Positions 19,197 to 28,905 of a stretch of 63,535 nucleotides of DNA are shown here, one piece after another. The stretch is from assembly GCA_002710015.1 (NCBI GenBank), contig PAOW01000029.1:39009-102543 (forward strand), read 5' to 3'. The position numbers and the translations under genes were made by a program. Origin of the DNA: Methanobacteriota archaeon (GTDB taxonomy: Archaea; Thermoplasmatota; Poseidoniia; Poseidoniales; Poseidoniaceae). The notes under the pieces were generated by a model that saw only the letters and a program-made list of their open reading frames with translations, was not told the DNA's origin and did no database searches. The stretch's first letter is position 1; each line of letters starts with the position of its first letter.

Positions 19197-21128
19197 ATGG
19201 CAGGCGGATCTTGGTCTCTACCCAAGGCTAGGAGAGCAGGCCCGCCATATTTCAGTAGGAACCAAGTAAGTAAATCACTTCACCAGATGGCCGTGTTGCT
19301 AGAGTTGGCTGGTGCGAATATTTTTCGAACCAGATCATACCAAAATGGATCGAGATTAATAGGAACACTTTCTCAAGATTTGGGAGAATTAGTAGAGAGC
19401 GGAGAAATCTTTGATCTAAAGGGTATTGGAAAAGGACTAGGAACCGCCATTTCTGATGCAGTATCTGATGGCACTTGGCCTGAGGATTGGATAGATTTAC
19501 ACACCAACACACCTCCTGGTTTAATCGAAATGCTAGGAATACCGGGTGTGGGACCGAAGAAAATCAAATTCCTGCACGATGAGTTGGGAGTGTTATCGGT
19601 TGCTGATTTGAAACGGGTTTGCGATGATAATGAAGTCGCACCTCTGAAGGGTTTTGGCGCAAAAAGCCAGCAAAAAATCCTGGATGGTATAGAACTCCTA
19701 GCGAGATTCTCTGCAAGAAGAAGATTAGATGTTGGTCTTAGATATGGCCAAACCTTCCTTTCCATGATTTCTGCCTTAGACGGTGTTGAGAGGGCTGAGT
19801 TAGCTGGTTCTGCTAGACGTAGAAAAGAAACAATTGGTGATTTAGATATTGTTGCAGCTGTGCAACCTGACGATGTTGAGCGTGTAACTCAAGAGATTCT
19901 ATCCATGAGTGGTATAGCAGACATAAAAGGTGCTGGAGACTCAAAGGTTTCTGTAATCCTTGATACATCGATATTCGAAGGAGGATTTAGTCTAGGACAT
20001 CTAGATTCTAAGGTGCTTGAGGCGATTGGAGGAGAAAGCTATGAACAAATGGAATCAAGTGGAACCATAGATGCTCAGGTTAGGCTTGTCCCACCACACG
20101 TATTTGCATACACACTCGCCTATTTTACTGGCTCAAAAGAACACAATATCAGAATGCGCCAAGCGGCTCAGAATAAGGGTTTGAAATTGAACGAGTTTGG
20201 CCTTATGCCAGAGACTGATTTAACCGGCATAGAAGCCGCAGCAACATCATTGCCGGCGATGACTGAAGAAGAGATATACCATCATTTAGACCTCCAGTAT
20301 GTAACTCCTGAATTAAGGGAGGATATGGGAGAAATCGAGGCATCAGCAAGTAATACACTTCCTGATTTGATCACCCTATCCGGTTTACAAGGAGCACTCC
20401 ACAACCACACCACTCTGTCAGACGGTGCTGCAAGCCTAGCAGAAATGGCAGATGCAGCTAGAAGAATTGGATGGAAATGGTTGGGAATTGCCGACCATTC
20501 CCCTTCCTTAGTTGTGGCAAACGGCGCTAGTGCTGAAGATTTACTCGCTCAATATGATACAATTCAGCAATACAACAAACAGTGGAAGGATGACGGAATT
20601 GACTTCAGATTATTTAGTGGCGTGGAATCAGATATTTTGGAAGATGGAAAGTTAGACCATCCTGATGATGTCTTAGCTCAAATCGACTATGTTGTAGCGA
20701 GTGTTCATGCAATGAGTAGGTGGAAAGGAAGAGATGAATCTCAAAACACAGAGGATCTCTTGACATGTCTAGACCACCCTGCTACAACTGTATTGGGCCA
20801 TCCCACAGGAAGAATTCTTCAGGGTAGAGATGGTTATGAAATCGACCTACACGCAATCCTAGAACATATGTCGCAAGCAAACAAAGATGGACAGTTGAAA
20901 GCAGTAGAATTGAATGCTTCCCCTTACAGATTAGACTTAGACTGGAGACTTTGCAAAAGGGCAAAGGAGTTAGGAGTTCCAGTATTTATCAACCCCGACG
21001 CCCATTCTGTTAAAGGATTGGGCGATATTGAATACGGTGTCATGGTTGGTAGAAAAGGGTGGCTAGAAAAGTCAGATGTTCTAAACTACCTAACTCATGA
21101 AGAATTAAGTGCAAAATTAGGTGTTTGA
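19197..21128 (+). CDS. polX: DNA polymerase X family with C-terminal PHP domain
   Basis: KGIGKG and PGVGPKK HhH, GSARRRKETIGDLD, FTGSKEHN, NEFGL, PELRED, PHP motifs HNHT, DHS, GHPTG, DAH. Confidence 0.95.
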   Translation: MAGGSWSLPKARRAGPPYFSRNQVSKSLHQMAVLLELAGANIFRTRSYQNGSRLIGTLSQDLGELVESGEIFDLKGIGKGLGTAISDAVSDGTWPEDWIDLHTNTPPGLIEMLGIPGVGPKKIKFLHDELGVLSVADLKRVCDDNEVAPLKGFGAKSQQKILDGIELLARFSARRRLDVGLRYGQTFLSMISALDGVERAELAGSARRRKETIGDLDIVAAVQPDDVERVTQEILSMSGIADIKGAGDSKVSVILDTSIFEGGFSLGHLDSKVLEAIGGESYEQMESSGTIDAQVRLVPPHVFAYTLAYFTGSKEHNIRMRQAAQNKGLKLNEFGLMPETDLTGIEAAATSLPAMTEEEIYHHLDLQYVTPELREDMGEIEASASNTLPDLITLSGLQGALHNHTTLSDGAASLAEMADAARRIGWKWLGIADHSPSLVVANGASAEDLLAQYDTIQQYNKQWKDDGIDFRLFSGVESDILEDGKLDHPDDVLAQIDYVVASVHAMSRWKGRDESQNTEDLLTCLDHPATTVLGHPTGRILQGRDGYEIDLHAILEHMSQANKDGQLKAVELNASPYRLDLDWRLCKRAKELGVPVFINPDAHSVKGLGDIEYGVMVGRKGWLEKSDVLNYLTHEELSAKLGV

Positions 21129-21344
21129 ATGAGATTTACAAGAGCTATCATCATATCAATGCTAATGTTTTTCCCGGGCGCTATCGTTGGCCTATTTGGA
21201 TGGCTTGCTACTGGATCATCCGAAGATAATACATTACCAGAGGTCATATTTTTCTGCAACATAGTCCCATTAGGATTTATCTTTGTGGGGTTCATTTGGG
21301 CTTGGATTACAGGGGAAGAATATAGTCACAATTACCAGGGTTGA
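21129..21344 (+). CDS. Small 2-TM hypothetical protein
   Basis: Abuts the polX stop; two hydrophobic segments. Confidence 0.65.
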   Translation: MRFTRAIIISMLMFFPGAIVGLFGWLATGSSEDNTLPEVIFFCNIVPLGFIFVGFIWAWITGEEYSHNYQG

Positions 21345-21348
21345 TTCT

Positions 21349-22002
21349 ATGAAGCGTTCTGAAAAAGCTGAGATTATTCTCAAGATGCTGGAAGAATATT
21401 ACCCTGAAACACCCGTTCCTCTCGACCACGAGACTCCATTTCAGTTGCTTATCGCTGTCTTGATGAGCGCTCAGACGACTGACAAAAAAGTCAACGAAGT
21501 TACTCCCGAGCTTTTCCGGCAGGGCCCAGATGCGAAAGCAATGGCTAACCTCAGCCCTCAAAAAATTCAGACTATCATTAGAGAAGTTGGACTTGCTCCA
21601 ACAAAGGCAAAAAATATCTTCAAATTATCCAACATATTGTGTGATGATTATGGTGGTGAAATACCTGATACCTTTGAAGGATTAGAGAGCCTTCCAGGCG
21701 TTGGACACAAAACTGCTGGCGTTGTAATGGCTCAAGCGTTTGGAGTCCCTGCTTTTCCCATAGACACGCACATTCACCGCTTAGCAGCAAGATGGGGGCT
21801 TTCTAACGGAACCAATGTAGTCAGGACAGAAAAAGACCTCAAAGCGATATTTCCCAAGGAGTCTTGGAACAAATTACACTTACAGATAATCTTCTTTGGA
21901 AGGGAGTATTGTCCTGCAAGGAATCATGATCTCACTAAATGTCCTATCTGTTCCTGGGCGGCGACAAAGAAGAGAATTCGGGAAGAGATGCGCTCTCGAT
22001 GA
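21349..22002 (+). CDS. nth: Endonuclease III
   Basis: LLIAVLMSAQTTD, LPGVGHKTA HhH with catalytic K, IDTHIHR. Confidence 0.95.
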   Translation: MKRSEKAEIILKMLEEYYPETPVPLDHETPFQLLIAVLMSAQTTDKKVNEVTPELFRQGPDAKAMANLSPQKIQTIIREVGLAPTKAKNIFKLSNILCDDYGGEIPDTFEGLESLPGVGHKTAGVVMAQAFGVPAFPIDTHIHRLAARWGLSNGTNVVRTEKDLKAIFPKESWNKLHLQIIFFGREYCPARNHDLTKCPICSWAATKKRIREEMRSR

Positions 22003-22037
22003 CATCTTGAAACCAAGACATTGTGTCTAGAGCCAAT

Positions 22038-23846
22038 CTAGGTCGTGAACAGACCTGTTGCTCCGTCCAAAATGAACGAGGATAACAGACTAGCTAATGC
22101 TGCAATCCAGAGCAATTGTATTGTTTGACCAACAGCACTAGTAAAACCGCCTCCTCTAAGCCTTGTAGCTATGAATGAAACTGCAAGTACTTGAACTAGA
22201 ATAAGGATTGAAGCAATAATTTTGAACATCATAATATTATCTTCAACCGCAGTAGGGTCTTCCATTACAGGTAAAACAAACCCACCTGCTGCGTCTGTGA
22301 TGGAGCCTATGTCTGTCGACTCAGCAATACTTGATGCCACACCAGCAATAGTCTCTCCCAATTGTAAAACGATGGAGATTGTTACGTTTAGTGACACTAC
22401 GGATGATATCAAAAGACCCAAGGCTACACCCCACATAGTAGATGCTGACAGGCTTCTTCTTCGCCTTAGAGACATTAGGTTAGTTATCGAGCGCGAAACC
22501 ATGTCTGCTGTTGCAGCTGGTTCTCCAGATGACTGAGATCCTTCGATGTAGATACGATTGTATCTTGAAATTACAGCTGAGTTGGTATCAGCAGCAAAGT
22601 AATCCCATGCCCTTTCACTATCGATTCTAGTTGACAGACGCTTTTCTAATCGGTCGATTGAAGCATCTAACATACCGAAGTCGATGCCGCGGAGTGCTTT
22701 GATTGTGGCACTTGGTTCTGCACTCCTAGCTTGTGCTGTTCCGCCCAATGCACGAATGAAATCTGGATAAGCCTCATCTCTTCTGAGCACTTTCTTTTCT
22801 TCTCTCTGGACCAAGGTTGATGGAACCAAAAGAGGTGTAAGTGGTATCGCTAGCAGGATCAGCCCATATTTATCCCAACTAACGGTCAGGCCTTCCCAAT
22901 AAGTAATCACGACAATTATTGTAACTATGAATAATAAGGAACTCACCAATCCAGCCCCCATCCACGATTGTCTAAACAGAATTCTAAATGGCGTTTCAAA
23001 CAAATCTCTGGCGAATGTCTGATCGTCAGGAATAGTTGCTCTAAACGCAAATAACGCCCCTATTTGTATTACAATGAATAGGAATCCTGCAAGTAATAAC
23101 CACCTCAGGCGTGTTGCAATTTCTATTGGAGTGTCACTACTACCATTACCAATTTCGAATAGGATTAGATGAATCCCTGCGACTACTAATCCGAATAAAC
23201 CCGCAGAAACCAATGAGACATAGATTTCTTTCAGTGTGTCTACACTCTCTAACCTCGTATCATACAATGTGTTGTATTGCTCAGCGACCGTATCTTGCTC
23301 AGCACGCATGAAAGCGTCGATTGGCTGACCTGCTTCTATTGAAAACGCCATTCGGTCCAGAAAATCAGACCACAATGGTGAAGGAGATTGTTGGGCTACA
23401 ATTCTAGCAGCTTCTGGAAGAGATGTATGCCACTTATCTACCAGTGTCTCAATTCTTTTTACTTCTTGAGCAAGTTCTCCATAGTCTTTCATTTGTCTCA
23501 GTATATCGAAAATTGTGTTGGCTCCAACTTCTCCCAAGGACAATATTCCCATTCTTGTGATGAACATGTGCATCTCTTTTTCGATCTTTAATGCTGACCG
23601 ATTCACTTCTAATACAGGGAAGTAGATTGCAGCAGCTCCCGTAAGTAAAGGCAATATCAGCAACAGAAATACTCCGGTAAATCCAGCAAATAATCCACCT
23701 TCAGCAAATCCGCCAGTTAACCAAATCATCAAAGCTGCCGAGATTAAACCTGCCAATGCAGAGGGTAGAACGAATAGAAATAGGAATCTTGAAACCGGCA
23801 TTTCCAGCCTTCTCAAGGCGATCTGCCATATCGCCATCCTTTCCAT
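22038..23846 (-). CDS. arlJ: Archaellum assembly platform protein ArlJ (FlaJ)
   Basis: Multi-TM with two GspF-like cytoplasmic domains (FLDRMAFSIEAG; YPDFIRALG); follows arlI. Confidence 0.9.
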   Translation of the reverse strand: MERMAIWQIALRRLEMPVSRFLFLFVLPSALAGLISAALMIWLTGGFAEGGLFAGFTGVFLLLILPLLTGAAAIYFPVLEVNRSALKIEKEMHMFITRMGILSLGEVGANTIFDILRQMKDYGELAQEVKRIETLVDKWHTSLPEAARIVAQQSPSPLWSDFLDRMAFSIEAGQPIDAFMRAEQDTVAEQYNTLYDTRLESVDTLKEIYVSLVSAGLFGLVVAGIHLILFEIGNGSSDTPIEIATRLRWLLLAGFLFIVIQIGALFAFRATIPDDQTFARDLFETPFRILFRQSWMGAGLVSSLLFIVTIIVVITYWEGLTVSWDKYGLILLAIPLTPLLVPSTLVQREEKKVLRRDEAYPDFIRALGGTAQARSAEPSATIKALRGIDFGMLDASIDRLEKRLSTRIDSERAWDYFAADTNSAVISRYNRIYIEGSQSSGEPAATADMVSRSITNLMSLRRRRSLSASTMWGVALGLLISSVVSLNVTISIVLQLGETIAGVASSIAESTDIGSITDAAGGFVLPVMEDPTAVEDNIMMFKIIASILILVQVLAVSFIATRLRGGGFTSAVGQTIQLLWIAALASLLSSFILDGATGLFTT

Positions 23847-23861
23847 TTCATCACAACCTCA

Positions 23862-25577
23862 TTAACGCTCTGTAATACTAACCCAGGTATCTATCGCGGA
23901 GCGGAATGTATCCCAGCCACCGTTGTAATAGATGTTCAGCAAGTCAAACACGTCGTCATAATGAGTAAGTCCTCTATCCACCATAGTTTGGATTGCTTCT
24001 GTTCTTCGAGTGACCTCGTCGTATACGTCTCTCTTGTTTTCAAACCCTGCCAATGCTGCAATCTTATTCTCAAGCAGGTGAGATTGGAACATTCCACGGA
24101 AATAGTGCTTATCCTTGATTGGATCCCACTCGAACATTCCTCTTGTCAAGACACCATCACTGTGCTTGTTGTAGCCAATAACCTCGTCTATACCGGTAAT
24201 CCTTCTTGCTATACCGCCATTCAATTCAACTACTTCTTGGAAAATAGCGAAATTTAGGTTGTCAAAGAATCTGATTGGAACGTTGATTGGATCTCCTGTA
24301 AACCTTTGAATCATTTTTACGATTGATGATGCGTGGAATGTTGCAATAACAGGGTGACCTGTCTGCATAGCCTGGAATGCAGTTGCTCCCTCAACGCCAC
24401 GTATCTCACCAATTATGATGTATCTGGGACGGGAACGAAGTGCTGCTTTTAGCAAATCAAACATTTCGACTCGGCTTTCTTCATTCTTTGAGTCTCTTGT
24501 AACTAGCCTCTGCCATATCTTGTGCCTAACCTTAACTTCAGGAGTATCCTCAGCAGAGTAAATCTTTACATTGTGATCAATAAATGGTAATATTGCATTG
24601 AGAGTCGTAGTTTTTCCAGAAGCGGTTTCACCACTTACTAGCACTGACATCCCATATTCCAGACATATCCAAATGTATGCTGCTACTTGTGCGCTCATGG
24701 TTCCCCACTGAACAAGTTGAGTTACCGAGATTGTTTCTTCCGCAAATTTCCTGATTGTGAATGAAGGACCTAACATAGATACGTCATCTGAGAATATGAT
24801 ATTGATACGAGAACCGTCCAGTAGAGCACCATCGATAATCGGCTTGTTATCAGATACAGGTCGGCCTATTCGCTCCGACATTGCTCTAAGATATCGAGCC
24901 AGTAAATCCCTTTCGCGGAATCGGATATTTGAGGTAACCATGCCGAACACTTTGTGATCCATGTGAACGTGTTTTAGACCAACAGAGTGTATATCTTCCA
25001 GCATTTCATCTGAGAGCAGTGGCTCTAATGGACCATTCCTGATTAGGTCACGGATGATGATATATCGCAATCGGTCTCGCTGTTCTTTTGTCACGGTTAT
25101 TCTTTTGTCGTCTATTCCTAAGACTTCCCACATCCTACCCTGCCGACGTGTTCCAACTCTAACCTCCGTGTCGAGAACAGTGTATCTATCAATCATACCA
25201 GATAGAATGTTTTCGAATTCATCATCTGTAGTAAAAGAAGGTGCTGTTGGAGCCTCCTGTAATAGAACCTCAATTAGTGTTCTGCGAATATTTTCCTCCT
25301 CGTCTGTGAGTTGTGGCTCCAATCCGAACCACAAGGTTTGGCCCTCTGAACCATCCTCAGAAATCGGCTTATACATGTGGACGAAAATTGGTTCTTTTGT
25401 AATGTAAATTAGATTCATTGGCTCAATTTTTCTTGCATCTCTATCTAGGGGGCCATAGTAATATGGTCTACTTCCATACTTTGCCTCAAAATCGCTCACC
25501 CATTGAGCGACATGCGGATGAGCAGCCATTACTGATTCGAGATCGCCTCTTTGGAATTTGAGTTCTTCGTCAGCCAT
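23862..25577 (-). CDS. arlI: Archaellum motor ATPase ArlI (FlaI)
   Basis: GETASGKTT, AEDTPE, ALRSRPRYIIIGEIRG, AMQTGH, TFHA. Confidence 0.95.
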   Translation of the reverse strand: MADEELKFQRGDLESVMAAHPHVAQWVSDFEAKYGSRPYYYGPLDRDARKIEPMNLIYITKEPIFVHMYKPISEDGSEGQTLWFGLEPQLTDEEENIRRTLIEVLLQEAPTAPSFTTDDEFENILSGMIDRYTVLDTEVRVGTRRQGRMWEVLGIDDKRITVTKEQRDRLRYIIIRDLIRNGPLEPLLSDEMLEDIHSVGLKHVHMDHKVFGMVTSNIRFRERDLLARYLRAMSERIGRPVSDNKPIIDGALLDGSRINIIFSDDVSMLGPSFTIRKFAEETISVTQLVQWGTMSAQVAAYIWICLEYGMSVLVSGETASGKTTTLNAILPFIDHNVKIYSAEDTPEVKVRHKIWQRLVTRDSKNEESRVEMFDLLKAALRSRPRYIIIGEIRGVEGATAFQAMQTGHPVIATFHASSIVKMIQRFTGDPINVPIRFFDNLNFAIFQEVVELNGGIARRITGIDEVIGYNKHSDGVLTRGMFEWDPIKDKHYFRGMFQSHLLENKIAALAGFENKRDVYDEVTRRTEAIQTMVDRGLTHYDDVFDLLNIYYNGGWDTFRSAIDTWVSITER

Positions 25578-26293
25578 CAGCTCACCGCCGTGATATCAAC
25601 AATGAAGCCCATGTAAGGCTCTACACGCCATCCTACACTAGATTGAACTGGCCCGGCCGCTCTGAGGAATCTGGTTACAACAATTGTCCGCTTGATTTCT
25701 CCGCCAACGAATCCGGATTGCATGTCTAGTAGTATTTCACATGATGAGCGGAGTTTGTGTAGCAATTTACCATCCATTTCCGATGGATCAACAGTAAGTA
25801 AAAGAGATCTAGATTCACTACACACCCTCCTGAGTTTTTGAAGAACATTCACTTGCTCAACAGTTTCTAGGCCAGTTGGCATTAATGCTGATGCAGAGTC
25901 CACAACTACAACATCGGATTTCTCAATAGCCTCAGAGTCAAGAACGTCAAACAAATCAACACCATCCTTAGTTTCTGCAATTACTCCAAACCTAGAGAAT
26001 ATCAGCAGCCTGCCTGATGCGATATAATCAGTGATAGGATACCCTATTGATTCCATTTGCTCTATCCATCCCCTAGTAGTTAACTCGGTTGTCACCACCA
26101 GAACTTTGGAACCATTTTCTAGCAAACCGAAAACTAATCTTTGGCTTACTAATGATTTACCACTTCCAACCTCACCTTGAATCATCCAAAGGCTACGATT
26201 CGGCAATCTCAATCCCATTGCGTTCGCTAAGCTATCTTGTTCAAGAGTAAATTCATAGCCATCCTCAACGGGTTTTGGAGGTTCATCAAACAC
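25577..26293 (-). CDS. arlH: Archaellum KaiC/RecA-like protein ArlH (FlaH)
   Basis: GEVGSGKS, VTTELT, VVVDS, WRVEPYMG. Confidence 0.9.
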   Translation of the reverse strand: MFDEPPKPVEDGYEFTLEQDSLANAMGLRLPNRSLWMIQGEVGSGKSLVSQRLVFGLLENGSKVLVVTTELTTRGWIEQMESIGYPITDYIASGRLLIFSRFGVIAETKDGVDLFDVLDSEAIEKSDVVVVDSASALMPTGLETVEQVNVLQKLRRVCSESRSLLLTVDPSEMDGKLLHKLRSSCEILLDMQSGFVGGEIKRTIVVTRFLRAAGPVQSSVGWRVEPYMGFIVDITAVS

Positions 26294-26780
26294 TCAATCT
26301 CACCTCCGCAGATTCTGAATCTGTGCCTTTAACGCCGTCCACGACAGTTGACTGAACCACTATTGTAACAGTGGCTAAATCATTGTCTGAATAAGCAAAT
26401 GATGCATCAGAGACTGTTACTTCAAGGACGTGGTCAGTAGCCCAAACTCCGCTTGCAGGATACAATGTTGCTGCGCCAACAACCGTGGAAGAAACCCCAT
26501 CAACAAATATTGTGAAAGAGGATTTGTCAAGCGACCTTATTCCAGTGTTTTGAAAATACAATGTTATTTCCTGGTTAGAACCTGACGTATCTAGCAACAC
26601 GTTTCCTCTGTCGCCACTGAATGATACATCTGTTTCAGCATCTGCAACTTTACCTCGATTGTTTTTCCCCGTAGCTTCAGCAACATCTCCCCAAGACTCT
26701 AGCAATACGACAGAGGCCAGGCCACTAATCAATAAAGATGTGACAAGCAAAATCATTGTGCTTGAACCCCCATCTGCCAT
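26286..26780 (-). CDS. arlG: Archaellum stator protein ArlG (FlaG)
   Basis: N-terminal hydrophobic helix, LYFQNTG, IFVDG, GVW; position before arlH. Confidence 0.8.
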   Translation of the reverse strand: MADGGSSTMILLVTSLLISGLASVVLLESWGDVAEATGKNNRGKVADAETDVSFSGDRGNVLLDTSGSNQEITLYFQNTGIRSLDKSSFTIFVDGVSSTVVGAATLYPASGVWATDHVLEVTVSDASFAYSDNDLATVTIVVQSTVVDGVKGTDSESAEVRLSV

Positions 26781-26789
26781 TATTTCACC

Positions 26790-27431
26790 TCAGTTTACAG
26801 ACGATACTATCGTTCGACCATCAATTGTCAAAGCTAAGTTATTTGCAGTAGTGTTGGAATTGTCATGTATAAACTCAAATGTTTCACCGGGAAATATAGT
26901 ATCCGGTGAATAACCAACTATTCCAGAGGATAGATTGACAGGCGAATTTGAGTCAATGAATACCCAAGAGAAGTCTGTATTTATATCGGTTGAACCGTCA
27001 TTAGTAACGTTAGCAAAGACTAGTTTTCCAATATTTACAGAAATATTCAGATCTACTCCTGTATTTGGACCTACAACCTCAAGGAAATATAATGAGGGAT
27101 TGTAGAGATACGATGAACCGTAATTAAGGACTTCAAGTCCGGTTACTATACCTCCTGAGATTTGTAGGTTGGCAAGGAATGATCCAGCACTACCGTTTAC
27201 TTCGACTTGACCAGGGGAATATCCCGTGCCAGGATTGTTTATGCTGAATGAAACTACCGCTCCTTCGACATTATCGGCATTCTGTATAGAGAATTTAGCG
27301 ATGGGCTCTGCAGTTGCCTCGATCTGTGCAATGGAATCCTCCACCTGCGCCTCGAGTGTAGCCATCGCTAATGCGAAAACTACGAGCAATGATGTTCCAA
27401 CCACCATCGCTCCAACTGCAACACTTCCCAT
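26790..27431 (-). CDS. arlF: Archaellum stator protein ArlF (FlaF) with an internal insertion
   Basis: MGSVAV N-terminal TM, NVTNDGST, IFPGET; position. Confidence 0.7.
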   Translation of the reverse strand: MGSVAVGAMVVGTSLLVVFALAMATLEAQVEDSIAQIEATAEPIAKFSIQNADNVEGAVVSFSINNPGTGYSPGQVEVNGSAGSFLANLQISGGIVTGLEVLNYGSSYLYNPSLYFLEVVGPNTGVDLNISVNIGKLVFANVTNDGSTDINTDFSWVFIDSNSPVNLSSGIVGYSPDTIFPGETFEFIHDNSNTTANNLALTIDGRTIVSSVN

Positions 27432-28241
27432 TCACTCATCTCCTCTTAATGCCCTTGCCCTTCTCCAATTGGATATTAGTGCTGAGAATGTCAGCAACTC
27501 CCTGTGAGGCAAGTGGTCTTCAAGTGCGCTCTCGGTGTCTCCGGGAGCTGCCATTTGAACTATTGCTAGAACGTGTTGTCCCTCATCAGATGTAAGCATT
27601 CCAGAACTCATTGCTTTCTGAGTAAAGGATACTGCCGCCATTCCAGAGAGGTTATCCAGCAAGAGTGCTGCAACCGTTGGTGCACCAACTGTTCCATCCG
27701 CACCATCTCCTAGATGAGCTGGTGCTACTAAGAACGGATTTGATGCTAGCGCTTGAGCCTCATACAATTCCAGTAATGGTGCAGAATCCTCTGCCATAAG
27801 ACGGTCTGAATGGGCATCAGAAATTACCTCGCCAGATGCAGTTATAATTACGTCACCTGCTTCATGGTCTGCTTCAATAGAAGATTCCTCTCCGCTAGAA
27901 ACAGTAACCACATTCTGCTCGATTCTAGTCTCAACTTTACGCAACACATCGTCAACCAAATCCAAGCGATTTGATATCAATCGCTCTAAACCAGATGTGT
28001 CTATGTTAGCCTGAGCCTGTGATGCTGGCATTCCACCTGCTGCGGGTAATGATCCAGAACTGTTCAGTCTTGCACGAGTCGGACCAGGGGCTATTGTCCA
28101 AGCATCCTCCTCAGTTAGTTCCCCCTGTTCGGGAACAGGGACTTGTTCGACTGCTATGTTGGACATAACCCTGAGGCGCTCCTCCGACAGAGGGTTCTGT
28201 GATTCCCCAGTTTTCTCGTTATTACCGAATGGCCACGCCAT
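27432..28241 (-). CDS. Divergent ArlC/D/E-like archaellum accessory protein
   Basis: Between arlB and arlF; coiled segment LERLISNRLDLVDDVLRKVETRIE; LLELYEAQALASNPFL resembles the ArlC LLxLYExVxxxxNPF motif; helical C-terminal domain; GGAGG SD before 28241. Confidence 0.6.
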   Translation of the reverse strand: MAWPFGNNEKTGESQNPLSEERLRVMSNIAVEQVPVPEQGELTEEDAWTIAPGPTRARLNSSGSLPAAGGMPASQAQANIDTSGLERLISNRLDLVDDVLRKVETRIEQNVVTVSSGEESSIEADHEAGDVIITASGEVISDAHSDRLMAEDSAPLLELYEAQALASNPFLVAPAHLGDGADGTVGAPTVAALLLDNLSGMAAVSFTQKAMSSGMLTSDEGQHVLAIVQMAAPGDTESALEDHLPHRELLTFSALISNWRRARALRGDE

Positions 28242-28308
28242 ATCAGTACCTCCTGATTCCAGTTGAGCTCTAAACACTCCAAGAGTGATAATTAGAGCCC
28301 AGCCCGAA

Positions 28309-28896
28309 TCAGATAACTAGGGTTCCTCTGGTTGTGTCAGATAGGTAAAGTGTCTCGTAAGTAGAGCCTCCACCTTCAACGTGTATCCAGAGAGTTACTT
28401 CGCCATTTACTCCAACGCTCAAAGCATCGCATGATGCTGTTGCTGCTGTGTCAGCATCCATAACGAAGGAATAGCTTACACCTGGCAATAAGTTTGTAAC
28501 TGGTCCGTCACCATTACCATCTGCTACGTCATCAACATCATCTGCATTTGTGAAATCACCTGAGACATATTCGTAGTCTCCGTTGGTATCTTCACATGTC
28601 AGCTGGAATTGAACATTCGCTGCTGTTATAACTTCGGAACCTGGTGCGGTCTCAAAGTAAAGTAGGTATGAGTCATCAGGATTGAATACAAATACCGAAT
28701 TAACTGATATCTTACCAGATATTTCTTGTTGTGTATCGCTACCAGATTGTTGTGCGTTTTGTTGCAGTTTCTCACCGGTTTGGATAATTACAGCAGATGC
28801 AACCGCTGCAACCAAAATTAGCGCTATGAATACAATCATTGCACCAATACCAATCGATCCTAGTTCGTTATTTTTAATTTGATTATTTCTCTTCAT
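28309..28896 (-). CDS. arlB: Archaellin (ArlB2)
   Basis: Class III signal ...NNELG/SIGIGAMIVFIALILVAAVASAVII; APGSE motif. Confidence 0.95.
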   Translation of the reverse strand: MKRNNQIKNNELGSIGIGAMIVFIALILVAAVASAVIIQTGEKLQQNAQQSGSDTQQEISGKISVNSVFVFNPDDSYLLYFETAPGSEVITAANVQFQLTCEDTNGDYEYVSGDFTNADDVDDVADGNGDGPVTNLLPGVSYSFVMDADTAATASCDALSVGVNGEVTLWIHVEGGGSTYETLYLSDTTRGTLVI

Positions 28897-28905
28897 GATA
28901 TCACC

